DNA of 64,000 nt from Dehalococcoidales bacterium (GCA_020342155.1 CP070842.1:876034-940033), one strand, 5' to 3'. Counted from the first letter of the stretch, positions 1 through 9,148 are shown. Numbers and translations are program-made. The notes: a model not told the origin generated them from the letters alone.

Positions 1-1907
1 AGCTGTAGCGCCTTGGAGGGGCAATTCACTGTACAGGCACCGCATCCCTTGCAGAGTGCCTCATTAACTACGGCCAGTCTCTTCTTTGGGTCGACCTCGA
101 TGGCATTGTAGGCGCAGATGGCTTCGCAGAAACCGCAAGCACTGCATACTTCCTCGTCAACCGATGCGGTAGCCGCTTCCATCTCTACCCGACCTTTGGA
201 TATCAATTCTATCGCCCGGGCAGCCGCTCCGGTAGCCTGGGCTACTGTATCTGAGATATCCTTGGGGCCCTGGCAACAGCCGACAGCAAAGACACCATCC
301 AGCATTGTACCCACTGGGTCGAGCTTGGGATGCCGCTCGAGGAAAAAGCCATCGGCGCTACAACCCAGCAGGAATACACGCGAAATTTTATCCGTTTCGG
401 CGCGTGGCTGCATAGCTACGCTGAGGATAATCATGTCTACCGGTATTCGTATCAACGTCCCCAGCAGCGTATCTTCACCGACCACTATTAGCTTGCCCTT
501 CTCTTCGTCTTCCTGGGTTATATCAGTGACCTGGGCTACCTTACCCCGGACGAAATTTACACCGGCATCCGACGCCTCTTTGTAAAACTCCTCATGCCCC
601 TTACCGAAGCAGCGCATATCAATATACATCTGGTAGACATCGGCATCCAGTGTTTCCTTGAGGAAGCGGGCATACTTGAGGCTGTACATGCAGCACACCC
701 GTGAGCAGTATTGGCGGTAGTTTTCGTCCCGACTGCCAACGCAGTGGATGATGGCAACACTCTTGGGAGTAGAGCTATCCTTGAGGACGATATTACCACC
801 GGTTGGTCCGCTGGCACTGGCCATCCTCTCGAACTCGGGACTGGTAATAACATTATCGAATTTACCATAGCCGTACTGGGTGATTGGAGTGGGATCGAGG
901 GTATCATAACCGGTGGCGACGATGACAGCACCAGCCTCCACCTCTATTTCCTCATCTTCCTGCTCGTAATCAATCGCCTTGACCGGGCATGCCTCCTGGC
1001 AGATGGTGCAATCACCACTGAGAAAGTGATTACAGTGCTCGTGGTCAATGACGGGTATGTTGGGTACAGCTTCGGGGAACGGTCGGTAGATTGCCTTACG
1101 CTTGCTCAACCCGTGGTCGAACTCGCTGTCTACCTCGACAGGACATTTCTCCCAACAGGCACCGCAGCTATCGCACTTGGCCGCGTCGACATTACGGGCT
1201 TTTTTATTGATTATCGCTTTAAAGTTCCCGATATAGCCCGATAACTCGGTCACCTCGCTATAGGTCATCAGTTCGACGTACTCACTAGCGACCATCTGCT
1301 TCATCCTGGGGGCAAGAATGTCCATGGCCGGTTCCAGATACGGGAAAGTCTTGCCCAGCTGGGCCATACGGCCGCCGATGCTGGGTTCTTTCTCTACCAG
1401 AAATACTTTGTGCTCGGAGTCGGCTATTTCCAAGGCAGTCTGTATCCCGGCGATACCACCACCGACAACGAGGGTGTTGGGATTGACCGGGGCAAATCTG
1501 GTCTCCAGTGGGTCGCGGTAAAGAACACGCCTCACTCCGGCGGCTACCAGCGCCATCGCCTTCTCAGTAGCTGCCTGCTCGTCATGGCTATGCACCCACG
1601 AGCAAATCTCACGGATGGTGGCCATTTCACAGAGGTGCGGGTTCAGTCCGGCAGCCTGGCAGGCTTCCCGGAAAGTGCGGAGGTGCAGGGTGGGAGAGCA
1701 GGAACAGACCAGTACCCGGTTGAGGTCGAGTTCGCGGATATCGTCCTTTATCATATCCTGTCCCGGGTCGGAACACATGAAAGCATAGTGACGTGCCACG
1801 ACTACTGAATCAAGGCTCTGGGCGTATTCGGTTAGTTTCTCAACATCAAGGTAACCGGCAATGTTTGACCCGCAGTGACATATATATACTCCGACTCTTT
1901 TTTCCAT
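1..1907 (-). CDS. hdrA: HdrA-like heterodisulfide-reductase flavoprotein (paralogue 2). The 3' end runs off the window and the ORF is absent from the supplied track.
   Basis: Hand translation of the minus strand. ATG at 1907-1905 follows AAGGAAAGCGGG. I checked every codon from 1907 down to position 3 (635 codons) and found no in-frame stop. The product starts MEKRVGVYICHCGSNIAGYLD...VLVCSCSPTLH (HdrA N-terminal Cys domain). It continues with VVGGGIAGIQTAL (FAD), CDSCGACWEKCP and GDCTICQEACP (inserted ferredoxin), CVGSRDENYRQYCSRVCCMY, then CSACGFCEAICAYNAI / CKGCGACTVNCP (C-terminal ferredoxin). Confidence 0.85.
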   Translation of the reverse strand, partial: MEKRVGVYICHCGSNIAGYLDVEKLTEYAQSLDSVVVARHYAFMCSDPGQDMIKDDIRELDLNRVLVCSCSPTLHLRTFREACQAAGLNPHLCEMATIREICSWVHSHDEQAATEKAMALVAAGVRRVLYRDPLETRFAPVNPNTLVVGGGIAGIQTALEIADSEHKVFLVEKEPSIGGRMAQLGKTFPYLEPAMDILAPRMKQMVASEYVELMTYSEVTELSGYIGNFKAIINKKARNVDAAKCDSCGACWEKCPVEVDSEFDHGLSKRKAIYRPFPEAVPNIPVIDHEHCNHFLSGDCTICQEACPVKAIDYEQEDEEIEVEAGAVIVATGYDTLDPTPITQYGYGKFDNVITSPEFERMASASGPTGGNIVLKDSSTPKSVAIIHCVGSRDENYRQYCSRVCCMYSLKYARFLKETLDADVYQMYIDMRCFGKGHEEFYKEASDAGVNFVRGKVAQVTDITQEDEEKGKLIVVGEDTLLGTLIRIPVDMIILSVAMQPRAETDKISRVFLLGCSADGFFLERHPKLDPVGTMLDGVFAVGCCQGPKDISDTVAQATGAAARAIELISKGRVEMEAATASVDEEVCSACGFCEAICAYNAIEVDPKKRLAVVNEALCKGCGACTVNCPSKALQ

Positions 1908-1931
1908 ATTGCCGCTCAGTACCCGCTTTCC

Positions 1932-4688
1932 TTAATTTCCTCCAGCCGCTACAGCTTCGGTTTTGGCACCGATTTCACCTCTGGCAACCAGGGCGAGAGC
2001 CTTGGCAGCCGCTCCTATCGCCTGCGCTACTGTATCCGGGATGTCCTTCGGTCCCTGGCAGCACCCGGCCATGAAAATACCATCGGTTGCAGTACCCATA
2101 AGGTCGAGCTTATAGTGTTTCTCCTCGAAGAAACCGTCCTTATCCTGCTCCAGTCCGAAGAGTTTAGCAATATCGCCGGCGTCGGCGCGCGGTTCGATGG
2201 CGATGCTAAGAATCACCATATCCACAGGCACACGTACTATCTGACCGAGCAGGGTATCCTCGCAGACCACAACCAGTTTGCCCTTCTCCTCGTCATTCTG
2301 AGCGATATCGGTGACCTGGGCAACCTTGCCACGGATGAAGTTGACGCCCTCTTCTGAGATGCGTTTATAGAATTCTTCATAGCCCTTACCAAAACAACGC
2401 ATGTCGATGTACATCTGGTAGACAGTGGCACCGGTCTTTTCCTCTATCAGGTGGGCGTGTTTGAGACCGTACATACAACATACGCGTGAGCAGTACTCGT
2501 GGTAGTTCTCATCACGGCTGCCGACGCAATTAATAATGGCAACACTCTGGGGGGTTGAACCGTCCTTCAGCATTACCTGTCCTTCAGTGGGTCCGGTGGA
2601 GCTTATCATCCGCTCCATTTCAAGGCTGGTAAATACGTTGTCAAACTTCCTATAACCGTACTGGGTCATCGGGGTGGGGTCGAAAAGATCGAAACCGGTG
2701 GTGACTATAATAGCTCCGACCTCTACATCCCGGTATTCGTCCTTCATGTTATGGTCAATAGCTTCACGTTCGCATGAAGCAATACAGGCTAAACATTCCG
2801 AGCACACGCCACAGTTGAGGCAGCGCTTGGCCTCTTCAATGGCTGTTTCCTCGGTGAAGCCGAGTTCGACTTCGGGGGAAGGTTTCCGTTGGGCTGCTTC
2901 GAGCACGGGCATTATTGCTCGGGCCTTCTTGACTACCCCTTCCGTGGGAACGTCTTTCACCCTTTCCCGGTGTTCCGGTCGGCCCTTGGACAGGTCCAGT
3001 TCTCCCCTGAGATAGCGGTCGATAGATATCGCCGCTTCCTTACCGGTAGCGACCACGCCGATAACATCGGCGGGTCCGGAAACGACATCTCCACCAGCAA
3101 AGACACCATCGATATTGGTATGAAGGGTAACCTGGTCAACAGAGACAGTTCCCCAGCTGGTGAACTCAAGCTGCTCGGGTAGCGTCTCTTTATTGACAGC
3201 CTGGCCGATAGCCATGATGACATTGTCAACATCTATCGTATACTCGGAGCCCTCGACTGGTACCGGGCGTCGGCGTCGGGAGGCATCAGCCTCACCGAGT
3301 TCCATCCGGATGCATTCGATACCGGTTACTTTACCATTGTCAGCCAGCACCTTGACCGGTGCTGCCAGTATATTGAAGACGATGCCTTCTTGTTCGGCCT
3401 CGTGAAGCTCCTCAGCAGCTGCGGGCATTTCATCCCGGGAGCGACGGTAGATGATGTTGACCTCTTTGGCTCCGAGGCGGTAAGCGACTCTGGCAGAGTC
3501 TATAGCCGCATTGCCCCCGCCGATTACGGCTACCCTGTTACCGATTTTGACTTTCCCTCCGGCATTGGCCTGTCTTAGAAAGTTGAGGGCGTTTAGCACA
3601 CCCTCCGCATCTTCTCCGGGTATGCCCATTTTCTGGCCGAGACCAGCACCGGCAGCGAGGAAGATGGCCTTGTAGCCATCGTTAAACAGGTCTTCCAGAT
3701 TTACTACCGTGCTGTTGCACTTGATTTCAACACCAAGCTCCTGTACGTAGGCAATCTCTTCGTCAACTATCTGGTTTGGTAATCTGTACTCGGGGATGCC
3801 ATAGCGTAATAGCCCGCCCGGCTCTGGTGCCGCTTCGAAGACAGTTACCGGGTAGCCTATCCGGACGAGGTCATAGGCACAGGCGATACCCGCCGGTCCG
3901 GAGCCAACAATAGCCACCTTTTCCTCGTGGGTTGGTTCTATTGTAGTCGCCTTCTCTCTGCCCACCGAGAGTTCATAGTCGGCCATGAAACGCTTCAGAT
4001 AACGGATGGCAATCGGTTCGTCTACCTTGCCTCTTTCGCACTCCGATTCACAGGGATGCATACACACCCGTCCGCAGACTCCGGCGAAAGGCATCGTTCT
4101 CCTCAGTACTTCCAGGGCCTCCTTGTATCTTCCCTGTGAGATGAGGGCAACGTAGCCTTGGGCATTGACACCTGCCGGGCACGCGACGCGGCATGGTGGC
4201 AGACCACGTTTGTCTATGGTGAAGACATTCGGTACTGCCTGGGCGAAGGGACGGTAGGCTGCCTGACGGTCGGCGAGACCAAGCTGCCATTCACTGGGTA
4301 CGAAAACGGGACAGACCTTGGCGCACTCGCCGCAGCCGGTGCATTTACTGCTATCGATGAACTTGGCCTTGTTGCGAATCCTGACCTTAAAATTACCCGC
4401 CGAGCCGGAGATATTGTCCACCTCGCTGCAGGTTATCAGCTCGATGTTCTTGTTGGAACCCACCTGGCTCATCTTGGGTGTGCCGATGCAGGAGGCACAG
4501 TCCAGTGTTGGGAATGTCTTGTCCAGTTGCATCATGCGCCCGCCGACTGTGGGCGACCTCTCTACCAGATAGACCTGGTGTTCAGCATCGGCTACCTCCA
4601 GGGCAGCCTGCATACCGGCAATGCCAGCACCAACTACGAGGACTCCAGGCTTGGTTTGGCCTCCGCTCTTTCCAGTTCTTTCAGCCAC
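1932..4688 (-). CDS. HdrA-like flavoprotein with an inserted GltD/NfnB-like NAD(P)H:FAD oxidoreductase module (918 aa chimera)
   Basis: The ends are HdrA-like: VVGAGIAGMQAAL, KTFPTLDCASCIGTPKM, CTGCGECAKVCP near the N-terminus and CVGSRDENYHEYCSRVCCMY, GCCQGPKDIPDTV near the C-terminus. Residues ~163-625 look like glutamate synthase small subunit / NfnB: CPAGVNAQGY, CGRVCMHPCESECERG, VAIVGSGPAGIACAYDL, GGLLRYGIPEYRLP, VAVIGGGNAAIDSAR, VFAGGDVVSGPADVI. It shares nucleotide-level similarity with the downstream paralogue, e.g. 2390-2420 vs 615-645. Confidence 0.85.
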   Translation of the reverse strand: MAERTGKSGGQTKPGVLVVGAGIAGMQAALEVADAEHQVYLVERSPTVGGRMMQLDKTFPTLDCASCIGTPKMSQVGSNKNIELITCSEVDNISGSAGNFKVRIRNKAKFIDSSKCTGCGECAKVCPVFVPSEWQLGLADRQAAYRPFAQAVPNVFTIDKRGLPPCRVACPAGVNAQGYVALISQGRYKEALEVLRRTMPFAGVCGRVCMHPCESECERGKVDEPIAIRYLKRFMADYELSVGREKATTIEPTHEEKVAIVGSGPAGIACAYDLVRIGYPVTVFEAAPEPGGLLRYGIPEYRLPNQIVDEEIAYVQELGVEIKCNSTVVNLEDLFNDGYKAIFLAAGAGLGQKMGIPGEDAEGVLNALNFLRQANAGGKVKIGNRVAVIGGGNAAIDSARVAYRLGAKEVNIIYRRSRDEMPAAAEELHEAEQEGIVFNILAAPVKVLADNGKVTGIECIRMELGEADASRRRRPVPVEGSEYTIDVDNVIMAIGQAVNKETLPEQLEFTSWGTVSVDQVTLHTNIDGVFAGGDVVSGPADVIGVVATGKEAAISIDRYLRGELDLSKGRPEHRERVKDVPTEGVVKKARAIMPVLEAAQRKPSPEVELGFTEETAIEEAKRCLNCGVCSECLACIASCEREAIDHNMKDEYRDVEVGAIIVTTGFDLFDPTPMTQYGYRKFDNVFTSLEMERMISSTGPTEGQVMLKDGSTPQSVAIINCVGSRDENYHEYCSRVCCMYGLKHAHLIEEKTGATVYQMYIDMRCFGKGYEEFYKRISEEGVNFIRGKVAQVTDIAQNDEEKGKLVVVCEDTLLGQIVRVPVDMVILSIAIEPRADAGDIAKLFGLEQDKDGFFEEKHYKLDLMGTATDGIFMAGCCQGPKDIPDTVAQAIGAAAKALALVARGEIGAKTEAVAAGGN

Positions 4689-4949
4689 AGCAGAACCTCC
4701 TGGCCAGTTGCCGAACCTATTTTATACTAACGCGCACCAGCCGTGCAATGCCCTCAGGATGGGCTGTGCTTTAGAGGTGAGCCGCTGACACAAGAAAACA
4801 GGGCACTCTTATTATACAGGGCACCCTGCCTCTTCCTCGGCTCTATCCTATCTCATTATAACCTAGTTCCTGTCAGCACGTAAAGTCACTTTCTCGAATA
4901 TTGTTTCAGCCGTCAGAACGAGGCTGTTTTCACATCAGGCACAGTGGGA

Positions 4950-4987
4950 GTAACAATTGTGTTACAATTTGATAGCTATTTGATAGC
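4950..4987. promoter_or_regulatory. Candidate operator: perfect 6-4-6 inverted repeat followed by two 10-bp direct repeats
   Basis: GTAACA-ATTG-TGTTAC lies at 4950-4965. ATTTGATAGC occurs at 4967-4976 and again at 4978-4987, an 11-bp phase. The site is in the divergent intergenic region between the hdrA chimera (start 4688) and the GNAT gene (start 5017). Confidence 0.2.
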
Positions 4988-5016
4988 CATAGTCCAAATA
5001 CCTGAGATAGTGTGAA

Positions 5017-5508
5017 GTGATGTTTACCACAAGAGCGGCTACGGTTGAAGATATCAAGGCAATTACGGATATTTATAACGAGGCTGTCCTGACAACCGAT
5101 GCCACCTTTGACCTTGAGCCGAAGACAGAGGAGGAACAGAGAGCTTGGTTAGACAGCCACGACTCAATGCACCCTGTTCTTATGGCTGAACAGGACGGTG
5201 CCGTTATTGGTTGGGCATCCCTCAGCGAGTGGTCGTCACGCTTTGCCTATGTTGCCACCGCCGAGATTTCTCTATACGTGAAGGAAGAGTTCCGGGGAAA
5301 GGGTGCCGGTCGGAAACTGATGGAGGATATTATGCGGGAGGGGGAGAGGGTTGGTCTTCACACAGTACTGGCCAGGATAGTTACTGGAAACGCCGTCAGC
5401 ATCCATCTTCATGAGTCAGTGGGATTTGAGCGTGTGGGTATCATGCGAGAGGTAGGGGAGAAGTTCGGCAGGACGCTGGACGTGCTCCTGATGCAAAGAA
5501 TATATTAG
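5017..5508 (+). CDS. GNAT N-acetyltransferase, phosphinothricin/L-amino-acid acetyltransferase-like
   Basis: 163 aa. The N-terminus RAATVEDIKAITDIYNEAVLTTDATFDLEPKTEEEQRAWL is typical of the PAT/YncA family. GNAT motif A is RGKGAGRKLM. Confidence 0.8.
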   Translation: MMFTTRAATVEDIKAITDIYNEAVLTTDATFDLEPKTEEEQRAWLDSHDSMHPVLMAEQDGAVIGWASLSEWSSRFAYVATAEISLYVKEEFRGKGAGRKLMEDIMREGERVGLHTVLARIVTGNAVSIHLHESVGFERVGIMREVGEKFGRTLDVLLMQRIY

Positions 5509-5571
5509 CCCGCGAATGATAATTCTTCAGAGAAGGCGTGGAGTGGCCATCGACCTACTTCTTCCCGGCCT

Positions 5572-6387
5572 TTACTTCAATACCATCCGCGCTACCAGCA
5601 CCGGCGGCATTGTGGGCATGTTGTCGAAGGATAACAGTATTCTTGACTGACCTTTTAATTCTTCGGGTAAGGTCGGCTCTTCCAGGCCGTCAAGGGCGAA
5701 GCCGTGATTGAAGCAGGTATTGAAGAGCAGGCTGATGGGCCGGTGGAAATAGTACTGTGGAACGGGCTGCCCGTAGATACCCAGACCCATGTAGGCATAA
5801 GGTCTGGCGTAATCAGTTATGGTGACACCGTAACTGATTACTATCTTGCCATCCTGCTGGTGTTGCTCGGCCACCATGTGTGAACTTCCGGAGTTAAATA
5901 CAGGGTGGGTAACCGAGAAAACAAACCGTCCACCCGGCTTGAGCAGCTTCGGCAGGGTCGAGATAAGCGGTTCGATTGAGGACATATCCATCAGGGCCAT
6001 GGTGCAGACGGCGGCATCGAACCTTGCCTGACCGAGTGAAGCTAATGCCGAGGGGTCGGTGGCACTAAGGACCAGATACTCGATTCTGTCGGCGTTCTCG
6101 GTGGTGCGCTCGCGGGCCCGCTTGATGAATTTCTCCGAGTGGTCAATAGCGGTGAGAGAAGCACCCAGGGCAGCCATGCGACGGGTAAAGCGCCCCGCCC
6201 CGCAGGCGATATCCAGCACCTTTTCGCCGGACTGTAGCGCCAGCAGGCGTTCCGTGGCCGGCTCTATCAGGTAATTTTGAAAGTCATTGCCGTCACCAAT
6301 CTTATCGTCCCACCACTCGGCGAGCTGGTCCCAGACCTTAGCGGTCTGGTTGTCATACTCGGGGAAATCAGGGGAAATCTCTCCCAT
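5572..6387 (-). CDS. Class I SAM-dependent methyltransferase
   Basis: Motif I is VLDIACGAGRFTRRMAALGA and the post-I region is LKPGGRFVF. I placed the start at the internal ATG (MGEISPDF...) rather than the track start at 6453. Confidence 0.7.
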   Translation of the reverse strand: MGEISPDFPEYDNQTAKVWDQLAEWWDDKIGDGNDFQNYLIEPATERLLALQSGEKVLDIACGAGRFTRRMAALGASLTAIDHSEKFIKRARERTTENADRIEYLVLSATDPSALASLGQARFDAAVCTMALMDMSSIEPLISTLPKLLKPGGRFVFSVTHPVFNSGSSHMVAEQHQQDGKIVISYGVTITDYARPYAYMGLGIYGQPVPQYYFHRPISLLFNTCFNHGFALDGLEEPTLPEELKGQSRILLSFDNMPTMPPVLVARMVLK

Positions 6388-6781
6388 CTGAAAAGCCTCC
6401 TCTATGTAAACGTGGCTGCGAATAATGTTAAACCCGGGGGCTCTCTGTGTCAAACGAGGTTAATTCCTGATGGGAGGTTTCGTCACTTTACTGGAGTATG
6501 GAAAAAGTCTTGACAATACCTTGCATCGGCTGGCATTATGGGACAGTTCCCGATAGTTAAAGGTAGGTTGTCTGACTGCTTCAGACGGTCTGAGAGGGGT
6601 GTGTGGTGTCCAATTTCGGTCTTCGTAAAGCTATATTAATATCCGTTGTTACATTGCTGAACTTGGTGCTACTGGACAGCAGGTGATGGCTGCTATGGAA
6701 GGTCATATCCTCGGTCAGGCAGAACTGGTTGGTACCTATCAAGGGTAGCCCACGAAGAACTCTCGATAAAGGAGATAAAAA

Positions 6782-7513
6782 ATGGGACGCTTTTTGAAAT
6801 GGATGGGCATAACGCTGGGAGTCCTGATTATTATTATCGTGCTGGTAGGTGGTTATTTCGGTCTGGTGCCCGGCGTGTCGAATCTTTTCGGCTCCCACAA
6901 GCCAAAAGACCTCGGGATAACGTACACCGAGGCAGACAGGCTGTCCGGACGTGCTAAGGCGGGGTGGGAGGTGATAGACCTCCCTTCGGACTTGCCGCCT
7001 GAAGAGAGCTTTAGCTATTCTGGGCAAAACGCTGTTGATGCTACTTTCAGCAATGCAGAATTGACGGCATGGGCGAATGATCCCTGGACCTATTTCCCGC
7101 TTTCGGATTGTCAACTAAGAGTGAACGACGATAACACGGTAGAGTTCTCCGGCAAGCTGAATATTGGCGTATTGCGGGATTGGATTGATGCCATGGGGGT
7201 GGCTGACGAGTATTCCGAGCTTATCGACGATTACCTGAGGTGGTTCATCTGGGGTAATCCGCCGGTATACGTCAAGTTGAGTGTTAACGTAGTTAATGGT
7301 CAGATACTGAATCCCCAGATACACGAGGCAAAAGTCGGGAGAATTTCTATCCCGGACAGTCTGATTCAGGACAACCTTTACAGGCTGGTCGATTATGCCG
7401 AGTGGCAGATGAACCATATCCCCGGGTTCTCTGTAGAGTCACTGGAATTTGTTGATGGGGGAGTAAGGTTCGTTGGTACCATGCCGGCGGTCGTTTCCCG
7501 GTCTGTCGAATGA
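6782..7513 (+). CDS. Membrane-anchored hypothetical protein (N-terminal TM helix)
   Basis: The ATG follows AAAGGAGATAAAAA. The N-terminal hydrophobic helix is ITLGVLIIIIVLVGGYFGLV, followed by a soluble domain. I recognise no family. Confidence 0.6.
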   Translation: MGRFLKWMGITLGVLIIIIVLVGGYFGLVPGVSNLFGSHKPKDLGITYTEADRLSGRAKAGWEVIDLPSDLPPEESFSYSGQNAVDATFSNAELTAWANDPWTYFPLSDCQLRVNDDNTVEFSGKLNIGVLRDWIDAMGVADEYSELIDDYLRWFIWGNPPVYVKLSVNVVNGQILNPQIHEAKVGRISIPDSLIQDNLYRLVDYAEWQMNHIPGFSVESLEFVDGGVRFVGTMPAVVSRSVE

Positions 7514-7541
7514 AGTCAGGTAGATTAACAATTATAGCCTA

Positions 7542-8306
7542 CTAGTCACTATGGTCCGTTGACTCTGAGTCAGGCTGGTTTTCGTCCTCTGATGGCTCCG
7601 GTTCCGTCTCTTTCTCTACTTCCGCGTCTTCCAAGCCTTGCCTTTCCTGGCCAGACTCCAGCAGGTGGCGGGCAATCATCTCGTAACACTCCCACTGTTC
7701 TCGGGATGGTGCCGTCCTCCTCGATTCCTGACCGAGTCCACTCTCCTGGTAGCTTCCTGATGATATTGCCCAGCACCAGAAATTGGGAACACTGCGTACC
7801 ATGATATCCTCGTTAAGCCTGATCAGGCTCTCTTTCAGCGGCGTGTCATTGTTCAGCCGGTCGAGGAGGTTCTCCTCCATATCTTCATCCCACTCTTCGT
7901 TCGGAGCGGCGATAACTCGTGTCCCCACGAAGTTAGCTGTCCAGTACAGGTCAATCACTCGCCCATACACAGACGCGTTTCTTTGTCGAGTTGACCGCAG
8001 TTCCAGATAACCGCCGCTGCGTACCCGGTGGTCAGGTACTACATAGACGTTAGTAAAGGTGGTTGACGCATACCGGCTTGCCGGGTGTTCAAGCATGTTA
8101 ATCCATTGTATCGGACTCTCGTGCACTTCTAGCAGGCCGAGAGAAGTACCAATAAGACCACCGGAGATACCCTCTTCATGCAAGCCTCGTTCTGACACCT
8201 GGACATTTAGACCTATGGTGCGTAGATGGGTACAGAGCCTATGCCTCGTCTTATCTTTGAATCTTCCTACTAATATCCTGTCGATTATCCTACCGAACAG
8301 GCTCAT
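7542..8306 (-). CDS. Hypothetical protein with acidic C-terminal tail
   Basis: 254-aa ORF convergent with 6782-7513. The C-terminus is EDAEVEKETEPEPSEDENQPDSESTDHSD. I recognise no family. Confidence 0.5.
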   Translation of the reverse strand: MSLFGRIIDRILVGRFKDKTRHRLCTHLRTIGLNVQVSERGLHEEGISGGLIGTSLGLLEVHESPIQWINMLEHPASRYASTTFTNVYVVPDHRVRSGGYLELRSTRQRNASVYGRVIDLYWTANFVGTRVIAAPNEEWDEDMEENLLDRLNNDTPLKESLIRLNEDIMVRSVPNFWCWAISSGSYQESGLGQESRRTAPSREQWECYEMIARHLLESGQERQGLEDAEVEKETEPEPSEDENQPDSESTDHSD

Positions 8307-8684
8307 TTAACGCTGCTCCTCATGTTCGGATTACATCACCGCTACAGATTATCTCGCATGCTCGCATTCGGAGTATAGTACTCCCTTGATGACCGTGTCA
8401 ACAAAGTAGGATGAGTTAATCTCGGGGAATGAGAAGGCAGTATTTATCTGTGCCAGAGTCATGTAACAAGAGTACTTGTTGACCCAACAACTTCGTGTCT
8501 TAATCCACTGGACAAACATCGCGATGTCTGTCCAGCTATACGTATAGTTATTTGATACATTTTCCCTTTTCTGTGGGATGATACGCACAAAAAATGAAAC
8601 TATTTCAAATGGGCAGAAACATTTTAACAACTGAATGGGCTATTAGTCAGTGAAGTATATTTCTTATGTCCACCATGCAACTCT

Positions 8685-8837
8685 CTAATAATCCACAGAG
8701 CTGTTGGCAAGGTTTAACGGATTGAAGCCATCGGTGTCCATTATATCAATCTCAGATTTACCATCCCTGTCGGATCTGAAAGCAATTCTACCACTCAACG
8801 TAGTAGTCATACTTGGATTGCGACAACTAACAACCAT
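8685..8837 (-). pseudogene. Orphan single PD40 (TolB-type beta-propeller) repeat fragment, 50 codons
   Basis: Hand-translated sub-threshold ORF: MVVSCRNPSMTTTLSGRIAFRSDRDGKSEIDIMDTDGFNPLNLANSSVDY. The core GRIAFxSDRDGxxEIxxMDxDGxNxxxL matches the PD40 repeat pattern. It is far too short to be a propeller. Confidence 0.3.
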
Positions 8838-9148
8838 GGCTATTAGTCGTGAAAGAGTAATTGCATAGGTGAACAGTTACGATTTAATCACATATCTGTT
8901 ATCAGCTATATTTTGATGTCATTCATGTACTGGAACTCAAGTTCAGTTCTATAACTCAGGGCTGTCAATGTAGAGTAAAGGGGACTTTTTTAGCGTGAGA
9001 ATGCACAAATTACCTAATCACCGAATCCGCTAGGTGTACTCACTAAGATGAGCAAGCTGGCGGGTGTAAGACATTCTTACCAGTTTTAGTATAGTAATGA
9101 GAAGAACAGTTTTATATCTCGGTTCTTTTTTAAAAAGGAGGTGTCGAG

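Noticed and set aside
1310-1400. Possible selenocysteine (in-frame TGA) at the HdrA DCxxC position
   Set aside because: The frame reads YLEPAMDILAP with ordinary sense codons and no TGA. I saw no SECIS-like hairpin.
6581-7114. 177-aa minus-strand ORF
   Set aside because: It overlaps the better-supported plus-strand gene 6782-7513, which has a strong SD and a TM anchor. It has no recognisable features and its composition is odd.
8349-8630. 93-aa minus-strand ORF in the AT-rich patch
   Set aside because: It has a TTG start, no SD and no recognisable motif, and it lies in AT-rich DNA where random ORFs are expected. I did not annotate it as a gene.
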